A DNA stretch of 63,966 bases, the filler included, from Octopus bimaculoides (lineage: Eukaryota), in the NCBI RefSeq assembly GCF_001194135.2. It is 5 parts of 5 records of this genome, joined end to end, with 100 filler letters (N's around TTAATTAATTAA, not from the genome) between each part and the next. Parts side by side here need not be neighbours in the genome. Positions count along the whole stretch, not along the records: positions 24,607 to 33,147 come from NC_068991.1; positions 33,248 to 51,906 come from NC_068985.1; 3 more parts are not named here. One strand, 5' to 3'. The position numbers and the translations under genes were made by a program. Under the pieces are notes generated by a model that was not told the DNA's origin, did not search any database, and worked only from the letters and a program-made list of their open reading frames with translations. Shown here piece by piece: positions 26,480 through 37,690 of the stretch. Each line of letters opens with the position of its first letter. The first letter of the stretch is position 1.

Positions 26480-26790
26480 CTTCTCTCCGTTCCTTCACAC
26501 CCGTGAGGAATCTATGAGTACCGTTTTAACCTTCAGAAATATCTTCTAGCAATGTAGCATTAGACATTCAGACATCCTTGACCCATCTCTCATTTCGACC
26601 TTTCCGACGATATTTCGATGCCTAGCCTACAGAAAGTCTTCAAATTTTTCGTTCAGTTCATAATAACTTTAGCGATTCCGCTAATATTGCCCAACAAACT
26701 TTTATTCGTTTTCTCTATTGCATTATTCTTTTTCTCCAGTTTTCGAGCAGTTATTTTACCACTAGCATAATGCTTTGGATTTATATGAAT
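26480..26790 (-). mobile_element. Possible very old RTE RT C-terminal remnant
   Basis: Minus-strand snippets IVGKVE and YRRKGRNERWVKDV resemble the RTE 'GKVEG.R.RGRP..RW.D.V' motif; heavily disrupted. Confidence 0.3.
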
Positions 26791-27411
26791 CATGAGAGCT
26801 GTACACGGCTATCTGTTTTACAAGAATATAAAACAGATTACCAAACCAGATAGGAACACAAGGTCGGTAGTTTCGTGTTATGGAAACCAACTGGATTTAG
26901 GAATGTGAAGACAAGCAAATAAAGAGGTCTTTACGCAGTTGCTGGTGTTGTTGTTGAGCCACAAGGCATCTGCTTCGATCTTAGATTAAACAGATCTATG
27001 TTTGAAGCAGTCCATTTCTGGCTATCACTTCAGTTTAGAGGTACCTAACTCAGACGTCATCACATAATGTGTTCTATATAGTTTTTGAAAATATTTCTAG
27101 CAGATCGAGCGCTGAGGTTAATTCTCCATTGTTGTTCCATCTTGTAGAAGTAGTAGCCAAGTCTCCCTCAAAACAAACCGTATCACCTTCACAAAAGGAG
27201 ACAACGGGCAATACACACCTGAATACACACCTGAATACATTGTGTAAAGGGTGGGGTGGTGAAGACAGTTACGGTTTACCAAGAAAATATTATCCCGTAA
27301 AAGAGGAAAAAAATTAAAGAGTTTATTCCATAAACGAAATATATTTCATCTTTATTCTGTTGTAAAGTATTTAAAAAAATGCTTCCATATTTTGTCCCGC
27401 GCAGCGCTGTT

Positions 27412-27455
27412 TGTCATCGCTCGTCCTGTCATCGCTCGTCCTGTCATCGCTCGTC
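27412..27455. repeat. 15-bp tandem repeat x2.9 (TGTCATCGCTCGTCC)
   Basis: Read directly from the sequence. Confidence 0.95.
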
Positions 27456-27649
27456 TATTTAGTCTTTGATTTACAAAAGTATTTATTTCTTTTCTTTTTA
27501 CTCAGTTTCTGTTGGAAGTTTGGTTTTAGCTATGCCTACAAACCTTTAGGTTAACGCTCATAATATCACCTGGCTTGGGGACATGTTGTTATCTTTCTTT
27601 GGGTGATAATAAGTAGGCAGAAAATATTCGACTCTGCGTGTACTTGTAA

Positions 27650-27983
27650 CTAACTGGCTCCGTCGGTTACGACGATGATGGGGCGGGGTTCCAGTTGATT
27701 CAACCAACGGAAGAGCCTGCTCGTGAAATTAACGTGCATGTGACTGAGCACTTCACAGATACGTGTGCCCTTAACGCAGTTCTCAGGGAGATTCAGCCAG
27801 CGTGACACAGTGTGACAGGGCTGGACCCTTGAAATACAGTTACTACTCATTTTTGGCACCTGAGTGGACTGGAGAAACGTGAAATAAAGTGTCTTGCTTA
27901 AGGACACAACGTGTCGCCGGGAATTGAGCTCACGACCTTACGATCGTCAGCCGAATGCCCTAACCACTAAGCCACGTGACCTC
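27650..27983 (-). mobile_element. tRNA-derived SINE (family A'): family-A 3' body with a different head and middle
   Basis: 27656-27840 resembles 31922-32097. Minus-strand head GTGGCTTAGTGGTTAGGG...GTGAGCTCAATTCCCGG; middle GTGTCCTTAAGCAAGACACTTTATTTCACG. Confidence 0.85.
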
Positions 27984-28514
27984 ACCATGGGAAAGAGAAA
28001 GAGAAAGAGACGTCAAGCCCAGTAATTGAATACTTAATTAATTTCTATGCAGAAAGCAGTAGAGCAAAGCTGACCACAGCAAGCTTGAGCTCAAATCGCA
28101 AAACCCCTAAACAATTACATCAATACGCATGCCCGATCATCTAACGTCTCATCCAATCGACCACTTTATATTTAAAAGAATGCTAAATCTTTTTAACATT
28201 TATAGCTTTCCCAATTAGCCTAGCTTTTTAGTAATTTCTAAGGAAAATCAAGAGTGCAAAACGTTGACGCTTCGATGAAGCTATAATATGTTATCAAGCA
28301 CGCAACTATGAGTCCACTGCACCTTATATTGCAAACTTGCAAGCTAATGAAGTTCATAAGATATTCGTTTATTCCTTTGTCACTCATTTTCGTATTACCG
28401 CTTTGTATTTGACTAACGCTTCGTTTTGAAGCATATTATGTTCTACACCAGGTTATTAGTTTCGCAATAGGAATAGGTGATGTTGATAAGGACTTCACTT
28501 TCCACTGCGGTTGG

Positions 28515-28562
28515 TGTAAGGCTTACACTTGGCCATGATCTTAGCCAAGTGTAAGCCTTACA
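28515..28562. repeat. Perfect 19-bp inverted repeat with 10-nt spacer; each arm is itself palindromic
   Basis: TGTAAGGCTTACACTTGGC-CATGATCTTA-GCCAAGTGTAAGCCTTACA. Confidence 0.95.
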
Positions 28563-28704
28563 TTGAAAGATCTTGGCCATATATATACTGTATTTCATAC
28601 CCAAACTATTATATTTGATATATTTAATGTATCTAATTTGTTCATCCGCATAATATATATGCATATATGCATAATATATATGCATAATATATATGCATAC
28701 ATAC

Positions 28705-28915
28705 GGTGGTTGTCTACTCCTTACGCAGAGTTTGACCACCTCCTGCACCTACACTTTAGCCCTTTCATGGCGTCTGATGAGGCTTTTAAAACCAGACAAT
28801 GTTTTGAAAAAACACCCACACAGATTGCACCTCTGATTTGTACTACCAATACCTGAAGGTAAGTTCTGCTCATTGTGGATCCTAGCATGTCTTTTAAGAC
28901 CCCCATTGGATTTGC
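28705..28915 (-). mobile_element. 5'-truncated retroelement 3' end with tandem C2H2-finger remnants (RTE-like)
   Basis: KSNGGLKRHARIH...CNLCGCFFKTLSGFKSLIRRH*, then the same 3' tail as 9941-10093. Confidence 0.7.
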
Positions 28916-28928
28916 AATATATATATAT

Positions 28929-28959
<31 letters not shown>

Positions 28960-29299
28960 CATACACACAGACTCACACACACACGCACACATATATATTT
29001 CTACATACACACAATTACATGTGTGTGCGTCACTAAAGATGGCATCATCGGTTCGCTAAACAAAAATACATTGTAGAATTTTGTTATCTTCTTTGACCAC
29101 CATTGACGTTATCTTCCTCCTTGACTCTAAGAAGACGAAATTAATGTCCGACAAAAGTCCTGTGATGCCAACATATTCTATAACAATCTTTGAAGACAAT
29201 AGGAAAGGATGCTTTCAATCCAATAGCTGAAAACCAGCAGGACTGCAATAAATGTTCCATGTCAAACTTGTCAAGTTACTCCAAGCAGAAAACCTGATA

Positions 29300-29380
29300 G
29301 TCGAAAAGTCGGAAAGTCGGAATATCGGGAAGTCGAAACGTCGGAACGTCGGTAAGTCGGAATGTTATAACGTCGGGATG
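29300..29380. repeat. Degenerate GTCGG(A)AA 7-9-bp repeat cluster
   Basis: GTCGAAAAGTCGGAAAGTCGGAATATCGGGAAGTCGAAACGTCGGAACGTCGGTAAGTCGGAA. Confidence 0.85.
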
Positions 29381-30903
29381 TTTCTCTCATATCCGAAATA
29401 AAAAGGAAAATTAATATTAAATTCAATATTATATTTTTCATATTCAACCTATGCTTCCATGAAAGGNNNNNNNNNNNNNNNNNNNNNNNNNNNNNNNNNN
29501 NNNNNNNNNNNNNNNNNNNNNNNNNNNNNNNNNNNNNNNNNNNNNNNNNNNNNNNNNNNNNNNNNNNNNNNNNNNNNNNNNNNNNNNNNNNNNNNNNNNN
29601 NNNNNNNNNNNNNNNNNNNNNNNNNNNNNNNNNNNNNNNNNNNNNNNNNNNNNNNNNNNNNNNNNNNNNNNNNNNNNNNNNNNNNNNNNNNNNNNNNNNN
29701 NNNNNNNNNNNNNNNNNNNNNNNNNNNNNNNNNNNNNNNNNNNNNNNNNNNNNNNNNNNNNNNNNNNNNNNNNNNNNNNNNNNNNNNNNNNNNNNNNNNN
29801 NNNNNNNNNNNNNNNNNNNNNNNNNNNNNNNNNNNNNNNNNNNNNNNNNNNNNNNNNNNNNNNNNNNNNNNNNNNNNNNNNNNNNNNNNNNNNNNNNNNN
29901 NNNNNNNNNNNNNNNNNNNNNNNNNNNNNNNNNNNNNNNNNNNNNNNNNNNNNNNNNNNNNNNNNNNNNNNNNNNNNNNNNNNNNNNNNNNNNNNNNNNN
30001 NNNNNNNNNNNNNNNNNNNNNNNNNNNNNNNNNNTATATATATATACACGATGGATGGGAGGTGTCTGTGTCTGTCGTTTCTGATAAAGTTACAGGTGCA
30101 ACAACCTACATCAACAGTAAATAAGCCGATTTATGCTTCCGAGGGAGAAGTAAGTGCTTATTCTGTTCTATCTTCCTTGTAACAAAGACTTGGAGGACCT
30201 CTTTTTGCTAAAAATTCAATCGTAACCCATCGTCATAAGGATGGAAGGATTCAGAGAGCGATGCACTGCTAGATACAGCTTATCAAAACATAAGATGGAA
30301 TGATCACATTTGTTACGCCTTGCATTATAAATCTGCTCCATCTGGATTGACCAGGGCTAAACAACAAGAAAAACTACATCAAAATGTTCTCTGTGTTTGT
30401 GAGTTATAAATCGTAGCCTTCGACTCAGTGGGTTGGTGTTAACTTAATTCGAACTCAACACCGGATGACTTCTAAAAGCCTTATATTACCGCCATATTCC
30501 TTTGGCTCTACACCTGCAAATATACATTAATTTCTTGCTATCTATCTATTTATTTCATGATCGCTTCTTTAGAAAGTAAGATAAACTCCATTACTCGCTG
30601 AGAAGATGACATGATATCGAAACATTTTCAGAGTTGTCTCTTGAGTTTGCAGAAAGACTAAATACCATATACTTAAGGACTAATATCGCATAATTGTTTC
30701 TAGTTGACATACTTATTGTTGCTTACTTGAAACATGCAAACACTAACCACAATTGTCCTTCCGTCTGTCGTAGTGGTCCGCAAAGCCATGGAAACGAAGA
30801 TGCAATGGCCGATAAAAATATCAGATATTAAGTGAAGGTTCTTAAATTGTATTTATCAGAGATACTTTCTCTTCGCTAACTCTCTCTCTGTCTGTCTCGC
30901 ACT

Positions 30904-30970
30904 CTGGCTCTCGCTGGCTCTCGCTGGCTCTCGCTGGCTCTCGCTGGCTCTCGCTGGCTCTCGCTGGCTC
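30904..30970. repeat. 10-bp tandem repeat (CTGGCTCTCG) x~6.5 within a (CT)n tract
   Basis: Read directly from the sequence. Confidence 0.95.
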
Positions 30971-31024
30971 TCTCTCTCTCTCTTTCTCTCTCTCTCTTTC
31001 TCTCTTTCTCTCTTTCTCTCTCTA

Positions 31025-31055
<31 letters not shown>

Positions 31056-31907
31056 TGCACTCTCCCCGTATCACTTTCTCTCTGGCATAAATATAATAAT
31101 ATATTTCAGTTCATTTAATCTACTGATAGCTATTCTTTTCCGTTCAGATCTATTCCAAATTGGCATTGAATCACAATCCTTCGTAACAATCATTCTGGAG
31201 TTATTAATTCTGGAGCTTAATTTTGATTGGAAATATCGTTTATAGATCTATCGGAAAATTGTTAGCATGGAAGATGTAGTCATGAGAACCTAGTCATTTG
31301 TAAAAAAAAAAAAAAAAAAAGCTCTCGTCGTAAATGCTCCATAGTCAGACGCCCGTTGTAAAATCTAGATAGCCAATTAAGCATAAAGTGTAATCCTTGT
31401 TTACTGAACTGTAAGTTTGAACTGGCATCAGAAGAGTAAATATTCTTATGTCCGAATAACACAATTTCGCCAGTGAATATTTACCCTATTGCTTTAAGTA
31501 ATCGGCTAATCTCAATATATAGTCATCTTTCTGATACTATTTATGTTGCAAATCTAGAACACTGGTGTCTTATATTTGTTGCCAAAACGAACGAATGATT
31601 TCGCTCTCCGAATCAGAAAAAAACTGATGACGTTTACATTTCTCTTCTTTCTAATTACAAAACAGACATCTCTCTGTCTTCGTACATAAACAACGTCTAT
31701 TTTTCTGTGTTAGTAATATTAAACAGGCTTCAGTCGCTCGTTCACACACTGACGTTAAAGCAAATCTGTATCTTTCTGACATTAGCTCAAGGCCAAATAT
31801 TGGGAGGAAGCGTGCACAATTGACCTGAGGGAAATTGCATTAAGAAGCTGTAGTGCATATTAAATGCAAAATCACTCGTGTTTCTTCTCACATATGAAAT
31901 ATTTAGG

Positions 31908-32296
31908 TTGTTGTTGTTGTTGGCACTCCGTCGCTTACGACGTCGAGGGTTCCAGTTGATCCGATCAACGGAACAGCCTGCTCGTGAAATTAACGTGCAA
32001 GCGGCTGAGCACTCCACAGACACGTGTACCCTTAACGTAGTTCTCGGGGATATTCAGCGTGACACAGTGTGACAAGGCTGACCCTTTGAATTACAGGCAC
32101 AACAGAAACAGGAAGTAAGAGTGAGAGAAAGTGGTAGTGAAAGAGTACAGCAGGGTTCGCCACCATTCCCTGCCGGAGCCTCGTGGAGCTTTAGGTGTTT
32201 TCGCTCAATAAACACTTACAACGCCCGGTCTGGGACTCGAAACCGCGATCCTATGACCGCGAGTCCGCTGCTGTAACCACTGGCCATTGCGCCTCC
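31908..32296 (-). mobile_element. Full-length tRNA-derived SINE family A with (CAA)n tail
   Basis: Minus-strand head GGAGGCGCAATGGCCAGTGGTTACAGC...GGTTTCGAGTCCCAGACC; body shared with 27656-27840; (TTG)n at 31908-31921. Confidence 0.92.
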
Positions 32297-32630
32297 GAAA
32301 TATTTAGTATATGGAAGAAAAAACTCGATTAACTGAGATTATCGTTTCAATTAGCAGACAAAATCTCCCTGTGAGGGTATTAAGAGCCTAAAGATAATAT
32401 TCAAAGAAGATAACATATATTATACTGTAAATGCGAGAGGGATATTGCCTTAAGGGCCTACTAAACTGGAGAAAGGAACAGACATGTCCTTTTAGGCTTT
32501 TAAGTAATTTCTCCTACATAGACATTTTCTAAAACTAATTGCGTGGATAACCTCAGCCCCTGCTGTATGCGTATTTTGTGTCAAGAAACCTCCTTGAGGG
32601 TTTTATCCCTCAGAAAGGAAGTAGTTCACC

Positions 32631-33126
32631 GTCTCCCCTGTGAGTAAATAGAAAATGTGTTTTCGCTGATAGAGTTATTTAACTCTTATTTCTAGCAATG
32701 CTAGTGTTCCTTGCACCCTTCGTCCCATTTTACCGACAGTGAATTATATCTCTTTGGTATTGAATTGCGTCTAGTCACCTCAATTATCTTATAATTTTCA
32801 CATTACCATTTTGTGGAATCAGCTACTAATTCCTATGGCAAAATCTGTATATAATTAAGAATTTAACTTTACCGCCCGCACTGGAGCAAGCATTACTGAT
32901 GAGCATTAAATTTCATGTGCAACTTGCATGCCAATCTAATGAAACTCACTTGTAGTGGTGAGGTTGTCTCCCCTGTCAGCAAATAGAAAATGGGGTTTCT
33001 GTGACAGAAGAATTCTTTGGTTCTTATTTCTATCAATGGTGGTGCTTCCTGCAAACTTCACCACATTTTAGCGACGGTGAATTATTTCCTTTTTGGTTTT
33101 GAATTACATCTAGCCACTAATTATTT
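32631..33126. repeat. Diverged ~160-bp direct repeat, two copies 335 bp apart
   Basis: GTCTCCCCTGT.AG.AAATAGAAAATG...TCTTATTTCTA.CAATG...GTGAATTAT...TTGAATT.C.TCTAG at 32631-32790 and 32966-33126. Confidence 0.85.
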
Positions 33127-33267
33127 CACACACACACACACACACACNNNNNNNNNNNNNNNNNNNNNNNNNNNNNNNNNNNNNNNNNNNNTTAATTAAT
33201 TAANNNNNNNNNNNNNNNNNNNNNNNNNNNNNNNNNNNNNNNNNNNNATATATATATATATATATTC

Positions 33268-33368
33268 AAAAGCCTTTGGTCGGCACGAGGCTATAGTAAA
33301 AGACAATTTCCTAAGGTGCCGCGCAGTAGGACCGAACCCGGAAGCATGTGAGTGGGAAGCAAGCTTCT
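33268..33368 (-). mobile_element. SINE family B head
   Basis: GCCTTTGGTCGGCACGAGGCTATAGTA...GAACCCGGAAGCATGTG. Confidence 0.8.
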
Positions 33369-33706
33369 GATATATATATATATATATATTTCCAGGCATC
33401 AGACAACTCTTTGCAAGGAAAGAATGTGCAAAAACATCCTTTCGCGATTTCATCACCTCTTGCTCTCCAGAATTTTCGCTGCCGACACAAATAAGCTACC
33501 GATAAAATGGCAAAACTGTGTACATATGTATGTGTATATATGTATATGTATATATGTATATGTATATATGCATATGTGTACATTTAGGTGCATACTTTGA
33601 TTAATTGTATTACTTTTTGTTGAGATAAAATAAAATAAACTTTCAGTTCAAAATCGGACATTTCATTTTTAATGACCTGATATATATATATATGGACATA
33701 CATAAA

Positions 33707-33738
<32 letters not shown>

Positions 33739-33807
33739 GAATGCATGTATATATACATATATATGTATGTATGAATACATGTATGTGTATAGGCATTAAC
33801 ATTTTCA

Positions 33808-33846
<39 letters not shown>

Positions 33847-35024
33847 CAGACCGCATAGCTATTCATCAAATGTTTTTCCCTGTTTACTTGAGATCTTTGA
33901 CGTTTGGTTTATAATATCCTTCTCGAGGAGCAAATGACGGCCAGCTGCATTGGTAATTAAGGTTGCGGAACTACTGAGGATTTCTTACCGTATATGTTTT
34001 TCTTGATTGATGGTCACCTGTATCCTATACGCCGTATTCTATTACAGGTGTATTATGGCATGATGTCGAAATAGGTTCTCAACGTACATTACCATAGTCT
34101 ATCTTGGGTAGTAAGAAAATAAACCTTTAAGTTTTTTTTTAAATGAATATTAATACTACCTAACCCTACTGAAATTAATCTATATTGGTACGTTATCTTT
34201 CCTCTTATCAATTTACCAGGTGCCTTATCCAGGGGTCAATGAATCTGGAAAAAAATGTCTTATATGGAGAGGAAAAAAATACTTGGGATTACTTACTGAG
34301 ATTTGTTAAGAATTTAAACTCTTGTAACGAATCTGGTATAGTAGTAGCCATAGGTAGTGAGATGGTGGAGACGTTAAAACATTGGATAGAATGCCTTGTG
34401 GTGTTCGTTTCCGATTCTCTGCGATTCCAAGATAAATTTTTGCAGTGGTGTTGACTTTGTATCTTACGCTCTCTGGATCGATATACAAAGTACAAGACTA
34501 GTGATGGTGGAAAGATTCTTCTTCTTCTTCTTCTTCTTCTTCTTCTTCTTCTTCTTCTTCTTCTTCTTCTTCTTCTTCTTCTTCTTCTTCTTCTTCTTCT
34601 TCTTCTTCNNNNNNNNNNNNNNNNNNNNNNNNNNNNNNNNNNNNNNNNNNNNNNNNNNNNNNNNNNNNNNNNNNNNNNNNNNNNNNNNNNNNNNNNNNNN
34701 NNNNNNNNNNNNNNNNNNNNNNNNNNNNNNNNNNNNNNNNNNNNNNNNNNNNNNNNNNNNNNNNNNNNNNNNNNNNNNNNNNNNNTATATATATATATAT
34801 ATATATATTTGCAGACAAGTACACGACTTGTTCCAGCTACAACGGAGAGAAAGAATCACAAGTTAGGAGAAGAAAGAAAGATGGCCGATGGTCACGTGGG
34901 AGCCACGTGAGCAAGGGAGAAGGAGTGAAAGAGAGAGAGAGAGAGAGCGACAGAGTAATAGGATAGAATAGTGGGAGAAGAGGAGGTAAAAGAATAACAG
35001 AGAGAAAGAATATATATATATATA

Positions 35025-35660
35025 TATTCTTTTATTCTTTTACTTGTTTCAGTCATGTGATTGTGGCCATGGTGGAGCACCATCTTTTAGTCGAACTAAT
35101 CGACCCCGGACTTATTTTTTTAAAGCCTGACACTTATTCTGTCGGTCTATTTTGACGAACCACTAAGTTACACGTGTACAAACACACCAACACCAGTTGT
35201 TACGTGGTGTTGGTGGGGTGCGGACAGACATAGACACAAAGACACACACATAGATATATATATATACATATTTTAAATTCAAATTACGACAAACATAAAT
35301 AAACAAACGAAGTTTGCTTTTAGAAGCGTTGAGATGTCTTAGAAAGTTAAAAAAGTGATTTTAAATTCTCAATCGCAGAATAATGCTAATTAGCCACCTA
35401 CACTTTTCTCTGCAAAATAGGGGTAGTTTATCCTGTTCAGGCTATATTATTAGCATTATTCTGCGATTGAGAATTTAAAATCACTTCTTTAACTTTATAT
35501 ACATATTATACGACAGGCTTCTTTCAATTTCCATTTACCAAATTCACTCTACTGTAATCCGAAGCTACAGTTGAAGACACTTGCCCAAATTGCCACACAG
35601 TTAGACTGAACCCAGAACCGTGGGTATGTGGTTGGGAAGCAAGCTTCTTACCATATACAT
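35025..35660 (-). mobile_element. SINE family B split by an insertion in its internal microsatellite
   Basis: 3' half at 35025-35260 and 5' half at 35510-35660, same orientation, with an inverted-repeat element between them. Confidence 0.8.
35343..35496. mobile_element. 154-bp fold-back / MITE-like element, 48-bp arms (47/48 match)
   Basis: AAAGTTAAAAAAGTGATTTTAAATTCTCAATCGCAGAATAATGCTAAT (35343-35390) versus the inverse at 35449-35496. Confidence 0.85.
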
Positions 35661-35777
35661 ATAACAACCATCATTCGAATTTTAGACACCGAGATAAGAT
35701 ACACACAACAGCCTTTTTCGGCTTTAATCTGGCAGGTTAAAGCAAAAGAACCAGCTATGACATCAAGTGAAAAATCC

Positions 35778-36357
35778 GGATCTTTTTTAAAACGGGGGCC
35801 ACATTTTTCATTAATGTTTTACGTAGTGTTTTTGGTACCGAAAGACTTTCAAACTTCGTATACTTATCTATTTTGTGTTATAGAACAGAAAAATATTTTT
35901 GTATTCGAATTTATTTCATGTAAAAAATAGTCTTATTTCGATAATTTCAACCAATCACTGACAAGTATTCAGTTGTTTACATTTACTCCTTTGGCTCATT
36001 AAGCGATGTAAAGCGTATTTAATCTCCATACCTTCGTTTTATTTGCTTTTTTCATTTTAAATTTGCTTTAACCCTAACCCTAACCCTAACCCTAACCCTA
36101 GCGTTAGGGTTAGGGTTAATTGTTTCAGAATCGTTTGTTTATGTAGTCGGCACTTAATGTATATCGGCTGAATGGACGTCAGTGATTGGTTGAAATTACA
36201 GAAATACGACAACTTTAACATGGAATAATTTATGGATTTCTTTTTTTTTTAAGAAGACTAAGAGAAAAAGATGTTTTATATGACACATTCTACCAGTGTT
36301 CCAATTTTCAAAGTGTTTCGTTAATGAAAAATGTGGCCCCCGTTTTAAAAAAGATCC
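35778..36357. mobile_element. 580-bp non-autonomous DNA transposon, perfect 37-bp TIRs starting GG, 8-bp TSD (Merlin-like)
   Basis: TIR GGATCTTTTTTAAAACGGGGGCCACATTTTTCATTAA at 35778-35814 and inverted at 36321-36357; AAAAATCC at 35770-35777 and 36358-36365. Confidence 0.92.
36069..36119. repeat. Interstitial telomeric-type repeats in fold-back orientation
   Basis: (TAACCC)5-TA-GCG-(TTAGGG)2-TTAA inside the 35778-36357 element. Confidence 0.95.
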
Positions 36358-36469
36358 AAAAATCCTTTCGAAAACCATACCCCACATTAGTGGGTCAAGA
36401 TGATGTTCTATGCTCTCTCGAGACACTATACCTCTTAAAGAACTTAAAGACCTTCAGCGTCTATGTAAA

Positions 36470-36990
36470 TTCAAGAAACGAGATAATGCCATTGGCGTTT
36501 ATGTCGTAAATTCCAATATGAAATAACAAAGTATTAGTAAAGTAATGCAGGAGGATGGGAAAGCAACGATTTTCTGGGATTATGATTTTCTGATAGTGAA
36601 ATTAAGTATCGCCGAACGGGCATGGTCATAATGAACAAGAAAGACAAATACTGTTCGATCATTGACGAAGCCTTACCAAATGATATGAATATTGCAAGTA
36701 AAACGGTTGAAAAATGAAACCAGATACTCCTAATTGAAAATGGAGATAGCAAGACTGTTTGGAATGCGAGAGAGTAATGTAAAAGTGATATCAGCGGTGA
36801 TCAAAACATTAGGGTCAATCCTATTGAAACTTCAAGACTTCTTAAAGCGGTTGGGAATAACATGCAAAATTGGTGTCATGCAAAAATCAGCGTTGCTAGA
36901 TACTGCGCACATTTTAAGAGACGTCTTTGTTCTGACTTGACTGATGACTAAATACTCCGGTGCATTTTCCATTTACCCTATGTGACAAAG
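36470..36990 (+). mobile_element. Old R4/Dong-type RLE remnant (third lineage)
   Basis: DGKATIFWDYDF...YCSIIDEALPND...LKMEIARLFG...VISAVIKTLGSI...MQKSALLDTAHILRDVF. Confidence 0.8.
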
Positions 36991-37561
36991 AAAAGATAAT
37001 GATAATAATTTAGTTTATTACCTCAGAGGCAAAATCCAAAGGAATATAAAACGGTCATATTCTTCTAATATGGAAAATAGCCTTTACAAAACCTCAATAA
37101 TAAAGGAAAATATTTAATATAATACAATGCTCTCTGTAGGGCAACAAATGATAACATGAACAAATAATAGAAGCCACAACCATAGGAACAATGGGAATAA
37201 TAATAACAAAAACAATAAAAACAAAGGAGACAAAAAAAGAAAAAAAAAGCTAATAGCCACAAACATTAACGATATCAAAATTATGTCAAAAAATAGTAAA
37301 ATCAAGCTGAGAAAACACCAAAAATCCCACTGGAAAATCTTGAGACGTTTAACTATGACTAATGATATTTAGCCCCGTTAACAACAACAACAACAACAAC
37401 AACAACAATAATAGAAATAATTGTGTCTTTCCTAAATTTCTTTATTCTTTGATACAATTGTTTACTTCTATCGGCAGACATATAAAAAAAAGTTTATATT
37501 CTGGTTCAACCTAATGTTCTCCATATTTTCCTCATTATCTGTCTGTTTCCTTGATTGTTTA

Positions 37562-37690
37562 TCTCTCTCTCTCTCCTTTATCTCTCCTCTCTCCTCTCTC
37601 TCTCCTTTATCTCTCCTCTCTCCTCTCTCTCTCCTTTATCTCTCCTCTCTCCTCTCTCTCTCCTTTATCTCTCCTCTCTCTCTCTCTCCC
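37562..37690. repeat. 29-bp polypyrimidine minisatellite x4
   Basis: CCTTTAT recurs at 37575, 37604, 37633 and 37662. Confidence 0.9.

Noticed and set aside
30598-30640. CTGAGAAGAT...ATCGAAAC hammerhead-like string
   Set aside because: G8 missing and no properly placed cleavage triplet.
34185-34510. Minus-strand HH...TPQGI resembling a Penelope ORF N-terminus
   Set aside because: Needs several assumed frameshifts; not supportable by eye.
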